Translations under genes and position numbers: made by a program
Assembly (NCBI GenBank): GCA_034520965.1
Contig: JAXHMY010000003.1
Location: 160,001-224,000 of the forward strand
From: Spirochaetia bacterium
GTDB taxonomy: Bacteria; Spirochaetota; Spirochaetia; DSM-16054; Sediminispirochaetaceae
Direction: 5' to 3'
Length of the DNA: 64,000 nt
Shown here: positions 52,700 through 64,000 of the stretch, piece by piece
Layout: every line of letters begins with the position of its first letter
Position numbering within the stretch: position 1 is the stretch's first letter
The notes under the pieces: model-generated
Told to the model about the DNA's origin: nothing
Seen by the model: the letters and a program-made list of their open reading frames with translations, nothing else
Databases searched by the model: none

Positions 52700-54109
52700 T
52701 TATACGGGATATCGGCGTTTGCTCTTTTCAATACGTTTGCGACAGGCCCGGATCTCATCACCGTACTCATCAAATACATCGGCCAGCATATCTTTCAGAC
52801 GGTTCATCCCGAACTCCCGCTGCCCAAGTTCAAAGTTCTTTGCCACCATTTTGCTGCGATAGGCTTGATTGGTGAATACCCTATGCATTTTCTTAAGTAC
52901 TGAATCTTCAATCACCAGATGTCCCTGTTTATCATACACATCCCGAATCTCAATATTATCGAAACCGATCACTTTTATATCGGTTTTATAGACGAGATAG
53001 GCAGTGGTTACTATCGGAACCCGCGCGGCTATTGCTTCCATCAGCGCATTTCCGAAGCCCTCCCAAATCGGCAGATAAGTTACCAGATCGGCATTCACCA
53101 GTACATCCCGGTTTGAGAAGATAACCTGCCCCTGTTCGTTGAGATGCCGTTCAGCTGCAACACGGTCCGATATTAAATGAAGAGATATTCCATGATGCTC
53201 AGCCAGCCCCCGTATCTCATCTATATAATGCACATCCGGTTCATCCCCCTGGTACAGAGAGATTACAAAGCGAATTCGTTCTTTATATTCCGGAAATTTT
53301 TTTACAAATCTTCCCACCAGCTCGACAGAATCTTCAATTCGCTTTCTGCGTACTATTCGCGTCGGCTGGACAATAAGAAGATCTTCCTTTGCAAACCCAA
53401 GCTCCTCGCGAAAACAAGTGTTGTATTCATCCATCCGTACCGCATCTTCAAAATCCTCGCAGTTCGGAATTACCTTGGGATGCACCCGTTTAATCGACCG
53501 CAGTATATGTTCGGCGTAAGATGAGATAACCACATGCTCTAAACCGGGATCTACCGGTGGCATAATCTTGCCCAGAAGCTGCTCAATATAGTTCCGGCTG
53601 AACCGGCTGCGTTCCCACCAGAAGTCGTGATGATGAAAAATTGTTGCTACCCGACGCCAGGTAGCAAGTTTGTAAATTGCCATTCCTCCGATAAGTGTCA
53701 TCGGCATAGCATTGGTATTTTCTGCAATAATCACATCAATGGAAAACTTTTGAATGTACTCGAACAGCAGGTTGGAAACTTCGGTTCCCTGCTGCTCTAA
53801 GCGGTCGACAAGCTCTTCCCGTTTTTCATCGCTCAGATGAGGAGGATTGTCCTGTAAATAAGGAAACACCAGCCGCTCATACTCCTGCTGTTCAGGACTC
53901 CCGAAACGAATCTGAGAAATAAGTATCTGCTGCTCCGCCGGTACCAGTGGCAGCGGAGCAGCATATCGCCCGGAGAAGGTATAGATCTCATGCCCCATAT
54001 ACTTGAGAAGACGAATCCACTTTTCTACTTCCAGCGAAACACCGTCGACATCGCCTAATTTTCCGCACACAATACCAATTCTAAAGGTATCCGGCACCTG
54101 TTTGGACAT
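52700..54109 (-). CDS. GT4 glycosyltransferase (resembles the mannosylglucosylglycerate-synthase-like group)
   Basis: DGVSLEVEKW, HHHDFWWER, QPTRIVRRKRIE, EGFGNALMEA. Confidence 0.8.
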   Translation of the reverse strand: MSKQVPDTFRIGIVCGKLGDVDGVSLEVEKWIRLLKYMGHEIYTFSGRYAAPLPLVPAEQQILISQIRFGSPEQQEYERLVFPYLQDNPPHLSDEKREELVDRLEQQGTEVSNLLFEYIQKFSIDVIIAENTNAMPMTLIGGMAIYKLATWRRVATIFHHHDFWWERSRFSRNYIEQLLGKIMPPVDPGLEHVVISSYAEHILRSIKRVHPKVIPNCEDFEDAVRMDEYNTCFREELGFAKEDLLIVQPTRIVRRKRIEDSVELVGRFVKKFPEYKERIRFVISLYQGDEPDVHYIDEIRGLAEHHGISLHLISDRVAAERHLNEQGQVIFSNRDVLVNADLVTYLPIWEGFGNALMEAIAARVPIVTTAYLVYKTDIKVIGFDNIEIRDVYDKQGHLVIEDSVLKKMHRVFTNQAYRSKMVAKNFELGQREFGMNRLKDMLADVFDEYGDEIRACRKRIEKSKRRYPV

Positions 54110-54123
54110 GGAGTACTCCTAGT

Positions 54124-55299
54124 TTAATGCTTAATCGATGAGTAGAACGGCCCCATTTGACCTCGCCAGCGGGGATTTTTAGAGGACATGTCTTCAGTAT
54201 ACAGGGGCGGGCTCAGCTGAGCTTCTTCCCGGCCCATAATTTTATGAACATAGTTACAGACCCAGCGAGAGAGCTGCAGCACCACCATTTTGTGACGTAA
54301 ACGCCCCTGTACATCCCGGTTCAGAATATCCGGAATGGTACTGGTGGTTACAATTTCATCCAAAGTGTGGGCGTTCAGATTTACTCGACACTCACGGCTT
54401 GAGTAAAAATGGGTGACAAAAAACACTACCCTATTCGCCCCGGCCTCTTTTAACAGATTACAGGCCTCCATAATCGTATTACCGGTGCGTACCATATCAT
54501 CGATTACGGCAACATCTTTACCCCTAATCTCATCTACACTAATCTCTGAATTTGGTGAAATTTTTATTTCCACCTTACGCTCGTCAGAGCGTTCTTTATT
54601 CATATACACAATTGGAATAGAGTCCTGCTGCAACTCTTCACGAACTTTTTTCACAAAACTGAGGGCCCCCTTATCAGGAGCACACAAGACCAGTGAATCC
54701 TCACTCACTACATCCGAGTCCTGCATATAGCTTGCAAACAGATCCGCCGGCTGCAGGTTATGAAAACAACCCGAAAAACGGTCAAGAAAGATTTTCTCCA
54801 CCGAAGCCGAGTGATTGTGCACCGTAATAACCTCATCAACTCCCGCCTCTAAAAGCAAATCCGCATACAGGCGAGCAGAAAAGGGCTGGCCATCGAACTT
54901 TTTTTGATCTTCGATTGTACGCTCGCGGGTCTCATCTCCCTGATCAAGCCGTGGGCCCCGGTCCTGAGCACTGTAGAACATGTTCGGCTCAAACAGCACC
55001 ACTCGATCAGCGCCGTTATCTTTGGATGCCCGGGCTATCAGAAAGTTGCGCATGGCCAGCTCGTCCCGAGTGTTCCAGCCCTGGTTTGTACTGACCAGTA
55101 GTACCGTTTTTCCTTTTAGCTTATATCCAATATTGTCCCAATTCTCTTCATCTATGATAAAGCGGGGACAAAACTCGGTGTTTAAAAAACTCTTCAGTGA
55201 AATTAAGTCGGAATAGTCTTCGTGCTGTCGAAGGTGATGCGCCACATCTTCCACAACAGGATTGTCCGCCACTGAGCCGACTATGATTACATTGTCCAT
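54124..55299 (-). CDS. Divergent ribose-phosphate pyrophosphokinase-like protein
   Basis: YSAQDR, HNHS, APDKGA, KER, IDDMVRTGNT and TH motifs in PRS order, but non-canonical. Confidence 0.8.
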   Translation of the reverse strand: MDNVIIVGSVADNPVVEDVAHHLRQHEDYSDLISLKSFLNTEFCPRFIIDEENWDNIGYKLKGKTVLLVSTNQGWNTRDELAMRNFLIARASKDNGADRVVLFEPNMFYSAQDRGPRLDQGDETRERTIEDQKKFDGQPFSARLYADLLLEAGVDEVITVHNHSASVEKIFLDRFSGCFHNLQPADLFASYMQDSDVVSEDSLVLCAPDKGALSFVKKVREELQQDSIPIVYMNKERSDERKVEIKISPNSEISVDEIRGKDVAVIDDMVRTGNTIMEACNLLKEAGANRVVFFVTHFYSSRECRVNLNAHTLDEIVTTSTIPDILNRDVQGRLRHKMVVLQLSRWVCNYVHKIMGREEAQLSPPLYTEDMSSKNPRWRGQMGPFYSSIKH

Positions 55300-55376
55300 C
55301 AATAAAACTCCCAACGATCGTTAAGATTTCACCCTATTCTATATTGTTTATTGGACATTGAGAAGAATCTTTCGCC

Positions 55377-55500
55377 ATGCAATTCTATTTTTATGAAAAA
55401 TACACAGTATCTTAGCGTTAATAAATTGTAATCTTTGCTAAGGGGTTTGAAGCAATTCCAAATGTGTAAGACTGAAAGAGCTCTACATTTGGAATTGCCG
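55377..55500 (+). repeat. Decayed copy (C) of the three-hairpin MITE
   Basis: Starts GCAATTCTA, has the AAGGGGTTTGA linker, and ends in a 14-bp stem GCAATTCCAAATGT/ACATTTGGAATTGC. No TSD. Confidence 0.65.
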
Positions 55501-55539
55501 GCTTGAAGATTTTGCCGCTTTCACGTATCCTAGTAAGCT

Positions 55540-57211
55540 ATGGAAAATTCACAACCCGAAGTTGGCCCTCTGATAGTACAAGGTGACAATTCAATTCTGC
55601 TGGATGTACACAATCCGCAAGCCGAAGAAGCCCGTGCAGATCTTGGTTTGTTTGCCGAACTGGAAAAATCACCGGAACATATGCACACATACCGCATTAC
55701 CCCCCTATCCCTTTGGAATGCAGCCTCAGCCGGCTATACCGCGGATGATATTTCCAAACGAATCCGTCAGTGGTCCCGCTTCAGTATGCCTGAAAACGTA
55801 GACTACTTTATCAGTGACACCATTAGCCGCTTCGGAAAGCTTATTTTAAAAGAGGGTAAAGACCCGAACAGCCTGGAACTTCATATTACCGATCCGCTTA
55901 TTCAGGCGGAACTGCAGGAATACAACCGCCTGAAGAAGTACCTTACCCCCACGGAAAACGGCTTTCTCCTCGACTTGGTGAACCGTGGTACCATCAAAAG
56001 CGAACTTATTAAGCTCTCATACCCAGTCAAAGATGAAGCACCCTGAAAGAGGAGCACCACTTACCGTCAATTTGCTGACAAAAACCCGTGACGGGTACGA
56101 CTTTATCGTTCGGGGATATCAGGAAGAGGCGGCCAGGGCTTTTTGCGGAAACGGCCGGTCCGGAACCGGTTTCGGCACAATCGTTCTGCCCTGCGGTTCC
56201 GGGAAAACCATAGTCGGTATGCGAGCCATCTCACTGGCCGGAACCTACACCCTGATTCTGGCACCTAACACCGCCGCGGTGCACCAGTGGATAGACGAGA
56301 TAGTAGATAAAACAGACTTGCCCCGTGAACAGATCGGTGAATATACCGGAGAAAAGAAAGAGTTCCGCCCCATAACAGTGGGGACTTACCAGATACTTAC
56401 CTGGAGGCCCGATAAAGAAGGGGTTTTTCCACACTTCAACCTTTTTCGAAACTATCCATGGGGATTGATCATTTACGATGAGGTTCACCTATTACCGGCA
56501 CCAATCTTCCGTGTCACCGCAGAAATACAGGCGATTCGCAGATTAGGCCTCACGGCAACTCTGGTCCGCGAAGACGGGCGTGAAGATGAAGTATTCTCTT
56601 TGGTCGGTCCTAAGAAATACGATGTCCCTTGGAAAGAACTCGAATCTAAGGGCTGGATAGCTGAAGCTATTTGCCATGAGATCCGTGTCCCCCTGCCCCA
56701 GGCCAGCTCTATACCCTATGCCACATCCGATAAACGAGGAAAATATCGCATTGCCGCTGAAAACCCCGGCAAAGACAATATCACACTGCAACTGGTTCAA
56801 AACCATCACGAGGACCACATTATGGTGATAGGACAGTATATCCAACAGCTAACCAAAGTAGCCAAGGCACTGGACGCTCCATTAATCACCGGAAAAACTC
56901 CCAATAAGAAGCGCGAAGAAATCTATGCGGCTTTTCGTCGGGGCGAGGAACGGGTAATTGTAGTGTCAAAGGTAGCCAACTTTGCCATTGACTTGCCGGA
57001 TGCCTCGGTGGCTATCCAGATTTCCGGTACCTTCGGAAGCCGTCAGGAAGAAGCACAGCGGCTCGGGCGCATTCTGCGGCCAAAAGAGAACAATTCATAC
57101 TTTTATACTATTGTGACACAACATACCGTAGAAGAACAATTTGCAATGAACCGACAGAAGTTTTTAACTGAACAAGGCTATAAATATCACATAGATTTTT
57201 GGGGTAATTAA
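55540..57211 (+). CDS. Bacterial XPB/Ssl2-like SF2 DNA helicase, one frameshift near 56043
   Basis: ELEKSPEHMHTYRITPLSLWNA N-domain, LPCGSGKT, DEVH, GLTAT, SRQEEAQRLGR. Confidence 0.92.
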
Positions 57212-59309
57212 TGACGAAATCTCCAACGCGACAACAGATTGATGAATGGAAAAGGTGCCTTTTAGACCTTCCGGACGAACTCTTTTTCTCTATTATGAAG
57301 CTCTATCTGGGCGACCTTAAAACACCTTTCCACAAACCACGTTTGGTCGATCGGATTATCCACCTTTTTTCTAAAGAGGATACCATTCAGCGGGCGGTGG
57401 CACTTATCGACCAACAGGATGCACTTATCCTCACAGCGGTGGAGCTCTTAGATCGTCCCAGCCCCCAGCAGATATACCAATTGCTGCAGAACAGTTATGA
57501 TTATTTCAACTTTCATAACCACCTGATGAACCTGCAGGAGCGTCTGATCATCTTCTCTTGTTCCGATAATCCCCTCCTGCACATAAATCCATTTCTTCAC
57601 CACGAAATTCAGGAAAGTGTTCTTTCTCCCGCAGAGCTCTTCCCTCCAGCCACACCACAAAAGGTAGACAGCGGCCCGCCTATCCTAGCTACCGAAGAAA
57701 CCCTCTGGTGCATTACTGCACAGTTGAAAAACTATCCTGAGCCCCTAAAAGCGGATGGTACTCTGAAAAAAAGAGTGAGTGATGATCTTAAATCCGTCTT
57801 CTCAACGCTTGCCGAAGATAATAAGCCGAACCAATTCTATCTGCTTATAAATGCACTCCTCAAGTTGGGTATTCTGGAAAAAGACCACAATTCATTGCAG
57901 CTTGTTTTTGATAGGGGAATTAAATTTGGCAATAAAACACGGGCAGAACGTCTTTCATATTTATGGGCAGCAGTCTGCATCAGTTCAGATGAATCGGTGG
58001 AAGATTTTTCTGCTTCAAACCTTTCCATCAATCAATTAGCCCACATCGCCGCCAGTATTGACAGCCTGTTTAGCACGATGCCTCCGGACTATCTGTTTGA
58101 AAAAACCAGTGTCGAACGAATGCTAATTGCAGCCGAACCTGCAACCGGTGAAAAACCGATAGCAGAGTTGATTGCCCCTACTCGACTAATCGAGAGACTG
58201 CAGGACATTAGAGCCCTCATCAAAAGCTCCCGGGGGATATACAGGAATCCTTCTATAGCCGACCTTCTAAACGACCAGGTAGAGAAGACCCCCTTGCTGG
58301 TACACCCCGATTTTACTACCACCGTAAAACCCCCGCTGCCCTTCGAGGTTGGACTATTTATCTCTTCGGTGATGCATTTGAAATCATTCACCGCCTACCC
58401 TCAGTTCGAACTCACCCGTACCTCATATCTTCACGGGCGCAGCCGTTTTGCCTTTGATACCATTCAGCAGCGCTTGGACGAGCTATCTGCTACTCCACTC
58501 CCGCAGAACATACGCTTCTCCCTCGAATCCTGGGAGAGCCACTACTCCTCTGTCGTCATGGTCGAGGGTATAACCCTGTCTTTAGCTGATCACTGGGATC
58601 ACATGGTTCGTAATCATCCTGATTTTGCCGGGTATATACTACGCGATTTCGGCAACGGTATCTATGTAATGGATGCTTCACACCGCAAAAACTGGCAGGC
58701 CCTCCTTCAGGATATTGGAATTATTCCTCTCCCTCCCGTAGAATTGGGTGCTTCCGGTCAACAGGATGATAGCACCTCCGCCGCAGCCCAACAGTTCCCG
58801 TCTATACCTAGCCCCAGTTCGGAGGAACAATCGAGGGTTAATTCATTCTAGTGCCGGAGGATAGCCAAGATTCCCTCAGATGCCAATCAAAAAGTATACC
58901 AGGAGCTGCAGAGTGAACTGGAGCATCTTTCCAATACAAATTCGAATCAGAAAAAAGAGCTTGCCGCCCAGATAGAAAAAAAGCTGTTTCTGTTTCCCTC
59001 ACAGCTGCACCACATTCAATCAGCCCTTCTGTAAACGAAGCCAGAGGTATAAACTACAGCGGAAAGGTAAGGATTATTCAGCAGGCACTTCAGTCGGAAT
59101 GGGATTTACTTGAACTGGTTGAGCGAACCGCTTCCGGAAAACCTTTACGCCATCTAATTAGACCCAAGGAGCTGCAGAAGTCCGGGAACGACCTTTTACT
59201 TCGTGGAGAAAGCCTTCCAACTAATGAAGAGTTCAAAGTATGGGTTCAAAAAATCGGGTACATAAAAAAATGGAAGGGCTCTCTGTCTTATCTGAACCCA
59301 GGATTATAA
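57211..59309 (+). CDS. XPB-associated protein (helicase-associated domain, WYL-like C-terminus); frameshifts near 58845 and 59030
   Basis: Stop/start overlap with XPB, LPQNIRFSLESW motif. The frame resumes EARGINYSGKVRII..IRP..KKWKGSL to TAA at 59309. Confidence 0.7.
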
Positions 59310-60742
59310 GCAGAGTTAAACTGTTTAAACTGCAGCAGAGCCTGAGCATGTAGCATTTCACGGCCGCCGATAGTTCGGCAGCCGGCATCCACCGCCCGCT
59401 GTAAAAAGCGGGTCCGCTCAGGAGCATATATCAATTCGTATACTATCTCTGAACCCTTAAACTGGTATCCCGGGAGGGGATCGGTTTCGGTATTCGGCTC
59501 CATTCCGGCACTGGTGGTCTGTACAATAAGTCGAAATTTCCCTGGAGTCAGAGGGCTGTGTATCGACTGCCGGTTCACTCCAAATTCTCCAGCTAAGTCC
59601 GCAGCCCTTTCATCTGTACGGTTTACTATGGTTACCGATAGCCCCGCCTGAGCGAGTGCATATACCACGGTGCGGGCAACCCCTCCGGCCCCAATTACAA
59701 GTGCAAGATTCCCTTCCGCCAGTACATCAGTTCTCTTCAGGGGTGCTAAAAAGCCCTCGTAATCAGTATTACTTCCAAGCCAGCCCTCTGAAGTTCGAAT
59801 TACCGTGTTGCATGAGCCAATACTCTGCACCGCATCCTCAACCCGGTCAATGTGCTCAATAATCTTCTGTTTGTGGGGTACAGTGACGGAAAATCCGCGT
59901 AGCCCAAGCTGTTCGGCCAGTCTCATAAACAGACCGAGATCATCTACCTGAAAAGGCACATACACAGCGTCCATCCTCCCCTCGGCGAACCAGGAGTTAT
60001 GCAGTTGCGGACTTTTACTGTGGAGTACCGGATTTCCAATGATGCCGAAATACACGCTGCGGGAGTTCTGCTTCGACACCCGGTAGACCTCTTCCAACTC
60101 CCGCGGACTGGTTTGCCCCGGGGCTCCGGTTCGCTCCCCGGCGGAACAGAACGTCAGCATGGAGCCGCACAGCTGCGGTGCTACCCGGCTAAAAAAGCCG
60201 AAAGCCCCCATTCCAAGCACAATCTTGTTTTTGATATGGGATGTCTCACCGGCCATTCGAAGGAGTTCAAGTACCTCCCCTGATGAGCTTGGGTAACAGG
60301 CAATCTTGGGAATCTCCCCTTCCGCGGCAATTTCTTCTATCCTTTCCTTCATGAAGGGGGGAACCCCCTTAAAATCATGGAGCGAACGAATCACGCTAAT
60401 ACCCAACTCTGCCGCCCGCTCTTCCACCCCGGCTGCGGTCACACCCCATTCAAGATCGACATGGCTGATTCCGGGACACAGCAGCTGCTCCAACAAGTGC
60501 AGGCGTTCGGCCTCGCTCAACTCTGTTTTTTTGCCGCCATCTTCTTCACGACGAAAAGAAAGAATAACTACGGGAAGAGAGGCCTCGCGGGCAGCATCAA
60601 GAATCGAGGCAACACAGCTTTCGTTTTTGTGAAGACAAAGATCAAGGCGTATCTCAATAGCATCGATCCACTGAGAGTTATCTCGGATATTTCGCAGTTT
60701 ATTCGTATCGGAATAAGAAGTAAGTGTTAAACAGCGAAGCAT
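59288..60742 (-). CDS. aroE: Fused type I 3-dehydroquinate dehydratase / shikimate dehydrogenase
   Basis: EIRLD, SLHDF and APGQ (AroD), followed by HSKSP..HN, SVTVPHK, NTD and GAGG (AroE). Confidence 0.92.
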   Translation of the reverse strand: MLRCLTLTSYSDTNKLRNIRDNSQWIDAIEIRLDLCLHKNESCVASILDAAREASLPVVILSFRREEDGGKKTELSEAERLHLLEQLLCPGISHVDLEWGVTAAGVEERAAELGISVIRSLHDFKGVPPFMKERIEEIAAEGEIPKIACYPSSSGEVLELLRMAGETSHIKNKIVLGMGAFGFFSRVAPQLCGSMLTFCSAGERTGAPGQTSPRELEEVYRVSKQNSRSVYFGIIGNPVLHSKSPQLHNSWFAEGRMDAVYVPFQVDDLGLFMRLAEQLGLRGFSVTVPHKQKIIEHIDRVEDAVQSIGSCNTVIRTSEGWLGSNTDYEGFLAPLKRTDVLAEGNLALVIGAGGVARTVVYALAQAGLSVTIVNRTDERAADLAGEFGVNRQSIHSPLTPGKFRLIVQTTSAGMEPNTETDPLPGYQFKGSEIVYELIYAPERTRFLQRAVDAGCRTIGGREMLHAQALLQFKQFNSAYNPGFR

Positions 60743-60753
60743 ACATTCCTCCC

Positions 60754-62442
60754 CTATTGTGTACGGTTTTGCAGGTCACGCATTTTGCGCTTCAACGACT
60801 GATCTTCAGGATTAAGAGCTATCGCCTGACGAAGATAGCGGATAGCTTTATTGTATTCGCCTGTCGATTCATACAGCTCGGCTATTTCAACCAGCGCATT
60901 GATATTCTGCATATTCTCCAACAGTGCAGACTGCAGATACTGCAGCTTGCTCTGCCGGTCCTGCACCAACCGAGCCCGAAAATAGAGCAATACACTTCTC
61001 ACTTCTGATCGGTTAGACTCGTTCACCCGGCGATCAACGTACTCGACAGCTTCTTGTTGATAACCACTGTCCAGCAGCTGCTCGAGATAAGTGCGGACAG
61101 CAATCGGATCATCGGGAAATTCTTCAGCTAAACTGCGGGCATAGCGAAGTGCAGTCTGCGGTTGTTCTAAAGCATTGTACACTCGCACCGCTTTTCGCAA
61201 CAATGAAACCGTTTGACGAACCTCAAGCAGCTCTTCCAGGTAGTCCACAGCCACCGACCAGCGTTCAAGTTCTATCGCCGTATCAAGCAGAGATAATACT
61301 ATTGAGAGGTTTTCAGGCTCCTGCTCCAGACGCCGCTGGAAATGCTCAAAGGCCTCTTCTTGTCGTCCTATCTGAATAAGGAGTTCTCCATAAAGAGCCG
61401 AAAAACGCTGAAAGTCGGGATACTCTTGCATACCCCTCTCTGCCAGCACCAAGGCCTCCTCATGTCGATCATTTCGGATCATGGATTGCACTTTCACCAG
61501 CAAGGTCTCAGGGGTTTCTCCGGACCTCTGCTCAACCACCGCAGCAATACGCCCTGCCTGCTCATACCTTCCCTGCAGTTCAAGCAGCTGCGCACGTTTC
61601 TGCAGGAAAATAGTCTGATCGGGAAATTTAATAATGGCGTTTGAAAGCAGTCTATCCGCTATTTCAAGATCACCGGCCAGCAAATACACATTAATCGCCC
61701 ATTGAAGCACATACCGCTTTTCGGAAAATTCAAGCTGCAGCTGTTGAACATGGGGTAGTGCTGCTTCAGGATTGCCTTGCGCATAGTAAATCCTGACCAG
61801 ACCAAGCCGTGCAGGATAACATGAGTCATCGTTTTCCAGTACCCGCCGATATAATTCCTGTGCTTCCTGGTACTCTCCGCTAAATTCCAGATAATATCCA
61901 TGCAGATATAGTGCCAGCATAGAGTTCGGATTGATCTGTACCACATACTTGGTTACTTCGCCGGCCCGTTCCCGTTGCTCTGGGGAGCTGCTGGTAAGTA
62001 CCGCAACAGCCGATGTCAGCGAGGAGAGGAAGGTCGTTTCCGCCTGAGAAATATCCAGTACACGCCCCCGGCTCACAGCCTCAAACAAGCGAGGATAAAT
62101 GCTGCCGCTAGGCGGCCGGTTCGGTTCTGCTCCGTATTCAAGATAGGGATAGACAAAATGATACAGGCGGTTAGCCACAAAGGCCAGCTCCGCCCCTGCT
62201 TCGCTGCGGTGTAAGTTGTATGAGTAGAGTATGTTTAAAGCTATATCAAGCGAACGGGGAGTACCCAGAGTGATATTAGAGCGTACATCCTCCAGCCTAG
62301 CTCCCCGCTGCTGTATATCTCGCCGGAGGTCGGTATCGACCTCTTGGGGTGTGGCGTCTCCTGCGCAGCCGAATACAAACAGCATCCATACAGCGCCTGC
62401 CAACGCAATCCCAATTCCTTTAAGGATCCCGGCTTGCATCAT
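60754..62442 (-). CDS. TPR-repeat lipoprotein
   Basis: Lipobox VFGC and many TPRs. Confidence 0.8.
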   Translation of the reverse strand: MMQAGILKGIGIALAGAVWMLFVFGCAGDATPQEVDTDLRRDIQQRGARLEDVRSNITLGTPRSLDIALNILYSYNLHRSEAGAELAFVANRLYHFVYPYLEYGAEPNRPPSGSIYPRLFEAVSRGRVLDISQAETTFLSSLTSAVAVLTSSSPEQRERAGEVTKYVVQINPNSMLALYLHGYYLEFSGEYQEAQELYRRVLENDDSCYPARLGLVRIYYAQGNPEAALPHVQQLQLEFSEKRYVLQWAINVYLLAGDLEIADRLLSNAIIKFPDQTIFLQKRAQLLELQGRYEQAGRIAAVVEQRSGETPETLLVKVQSMIRNDRHEEALVLAERGMQEYPDFQRFSALYGELLIQIGRQEEAFEHFQRRLEQEPENLSIVLSLLDTAIELERWSVAVDYLEELLEVRQTVSLLRKAVRVYNALEQPQTALRYARSLAEEFPDDPIAVRTYLEQLLDSGYQQEAVEYVDRRVNESNRSEVRSVLLYFRARLVQDRQSKLQYLQSALLENMQNINALVEIAELYESTGEYNKAIRYLRQAIALNPEDQSLKRKMRDLQNRTQ

Positions 62443-62455
62443 TTCTTTATTCTGC

Positions 62456-63664
62456 TTATTCCATGTGAGCAATTAGCGCATCGGCAAATTCGCTGCTCGA
62501 AACCTGTGTAGAACCTTCCATCATACGGGCAAAGTCGTAGGTTACCTGTTTGTCCCTGATCGCACCGGTCATTCCTTTTTCAATCAAATCAGCCACTTCA
62601 TTCCAACCCAAATATTCAAACATAAGCCGCCCGGACAGAATCAGAGAACTGGGATTGACCTTGTCTTGTCCTGCGTATTTTGGAGCGGTACCGTGGGTTG
62701 CCTCAAAAAGTGCATGTCCAGTTTCAGAGTTGATATTTGCACCCGGTGCAATTCCAATACCGCCCACCTGTGCTGCAAGGGCATCGGACATGTAATCGCC
62801 GTTCAGATTCATGGTAGCAATTACCTCAAACTCATCGGCCCGGGTAAGGATTTGCTGCAGAAATGCATCTGCAATAGCATCTTTTATAAGAATTTTGCCA
62901 TTGGGTACATTGCCCCCGCACTCTTCCCAGCTCACTACCTGGTCTGCAAACTCCCGTTTTGCCAACTCATAGCCCCATTCACGAAAGGCCCCTTCTGTAT
63001 ACTTCATTATGTTTCCCTTGTGCACCAGGGTCACACTCTTTCTTCCATGTTCGATCGCATATTCAATAGCCGCGCGCACCAAACGCTCGGTGCCGGTTCG
63101 GCTAATGGGTTTAATTCCAATTCCGGAGTCGGAACGTATTTCCCACCCAAACTCTTCTTTTAGGAATTTAATTAGGGTTGCGGTTTGGGCTTCTCCGGCC
63201 TTCAATTCCAAACCTGCATAGACATCTTCAGTATTTTCACGGAATACGACCATATCAACCTTCTCCGGCTGCTTTACCGGTGAGGGGATACCAGGGTAGT
63301 GCTTCACCGGGCGTAAACAGACATACAGGTCAAGCTGCTGCCGTAAAGAAACATTCAAACTGCGAAACCCGCCCCCTACCGGTGTGGTAAGTGGACCCTT
63401 AATCGCAACCAGGTACTCACGAATAGTGTCTAAAGTATCCTTCGGAAGCCACTCACCAGTTTTGTTGTATCCTTTTTCACCGGCATACACTTCTTTCCAC
63501 TGCACCTTACGCTTTCCGCCATAGGCTTTTTCCACTGCTGCATCAAAGACCTTACGGGATGCCGGCCAGATATCTACACCGATTCCGTCACCTTCTATAT
63601 ACGGAATTACCGGTTGATCCGGAACCTGCAAACCCTGTTCAGTTTTCAATATTTTATCGTTCAC
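62456..63664 (-). CDS. icd: NADP-dependent isocitrate dehydrogenase
   Basis: [49 protein letters not shown]. Confidence 0.98.
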   Translation of the reverse strand: MNDKILKTEQGLQVPDQPVIPYIEGDGIGVDIWPASRKVFDAAVEKAYGGKRKVQWKEVYAGEKGYNKTGEWLPKDTLDTIREYLVAIKGPLTTPVGGGFRSLNVSLRQQLDLYVCLRPVKHYPGIPSPVKQPEKVDMVVFRENTEDVYAGLELKAGEAQTATLIKFLKEEFGWEIRSDSGIGIKPISRTGTERLVRAAIEYAIEHGRKSVTLVHKGNIMKYTEGAFREWGYELAKREFADQVVSWEECGGNVPNGKILIKDAIADAFLQQILTRADEFEVIATMNLNGDYMSDALAAQVGGIGIAPGANINSETGHALFEATHGTAPKYAGQDKVNPSSLILSGRLMFEYLGWNEVADLIEKGMTGAIRDKQVTYDFARMMEGSTQVSSSEFADALIAHME

Positions 63665-63753
63665 TTATATCCCCCTTTCACTGAAAAGTGAGTGTACCAA
63701 AACCTGTCCTTCTTGCAAACCCTTAAAGGCTATGTTACTATCGCTATACTACA

Positions 63754-64000
63754 ATGAAAAAGCATATTTTATACGTCACTCCAATAATAACAGTACTTAT
63801 AGTAACAACATTTTTAACTGGATGCCCCACATCCCGCACAGTTGTTTCTCCAGCAAACCGCTACTTTATTGTCGGCACCTCTGAGCAACAAAAAGAGCTA
63901 AGGCTTTTATTTCATGATCTTGATACCCAGACCGAAAAGCCTGAAAGCCGGTTCATTATAATCCAGGAAATTACCAAAAAATTGCGTGCCGCCGACAGGC
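63754..64000 (+). CDS. Lipoprotein, truncated by window end (not in the ORF track)
   Basis: MKKHILY...FLTGC lipobox, frame open to the end of the window. Upstream TTGCAA-17-TACTAT. Confidence 0.7.
   Translation, partial: MKKHILYVTPIITVLIVTTFLTGCPTSRTVVSPANRYFIVGTSEQQKELRLLFHDLDTQTEKPESRFIIIQEITKKLRAADR

Overview
64 kb of core chromosome from a free-living spirochaete (Spirochaetota, probably Spirochaetaceae; inferred from a UPF0164/FadL-like barrel, a giant HAMP-SpoIIE protein, bacterial XPB with its partner, and spirochaetal lipoproteins). Most genes are housekeeping: rex, putP, two hsp20, adk, upp, tRNA-Glu and tRNA-Lys, mtaB, pta, rsmA, comEC, dsbD/tlpA, fadD, dnaE2, ilvD, fumC, aro genes and icd. 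About ten genes are split by small indels, most likely long-read or polishing errors. I found no transposase, integrase, phage gene, rRNA or CRISPR array. The main unannotated signals are: (1) a ~143-bp non-autonomous mobile element (MITE) built from three hairpins, with two intact copies each flanked by a perfect 9-bp target-site duplication and showing compensatory stem changes, plus two decayed copies; (2) two tandem cassettes of acidic lipoprotein plus FadL/TraF-like beta-barrel, whose lipoproteins share short N- and C-terminal motifs; (3) a consensus sigma54 promoter with three candidate enhancer palindromes upstream of the hsp20 pair; (4) several apparently leaderless genes; (5) an orphan dnaE2 with an SOS-box-like palindrome; (6) a divergent PRPP-synthetase-like gene paired with a GT4 glycosyltransferase. 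All assignments come from reading motifs by eye; no searches were run.
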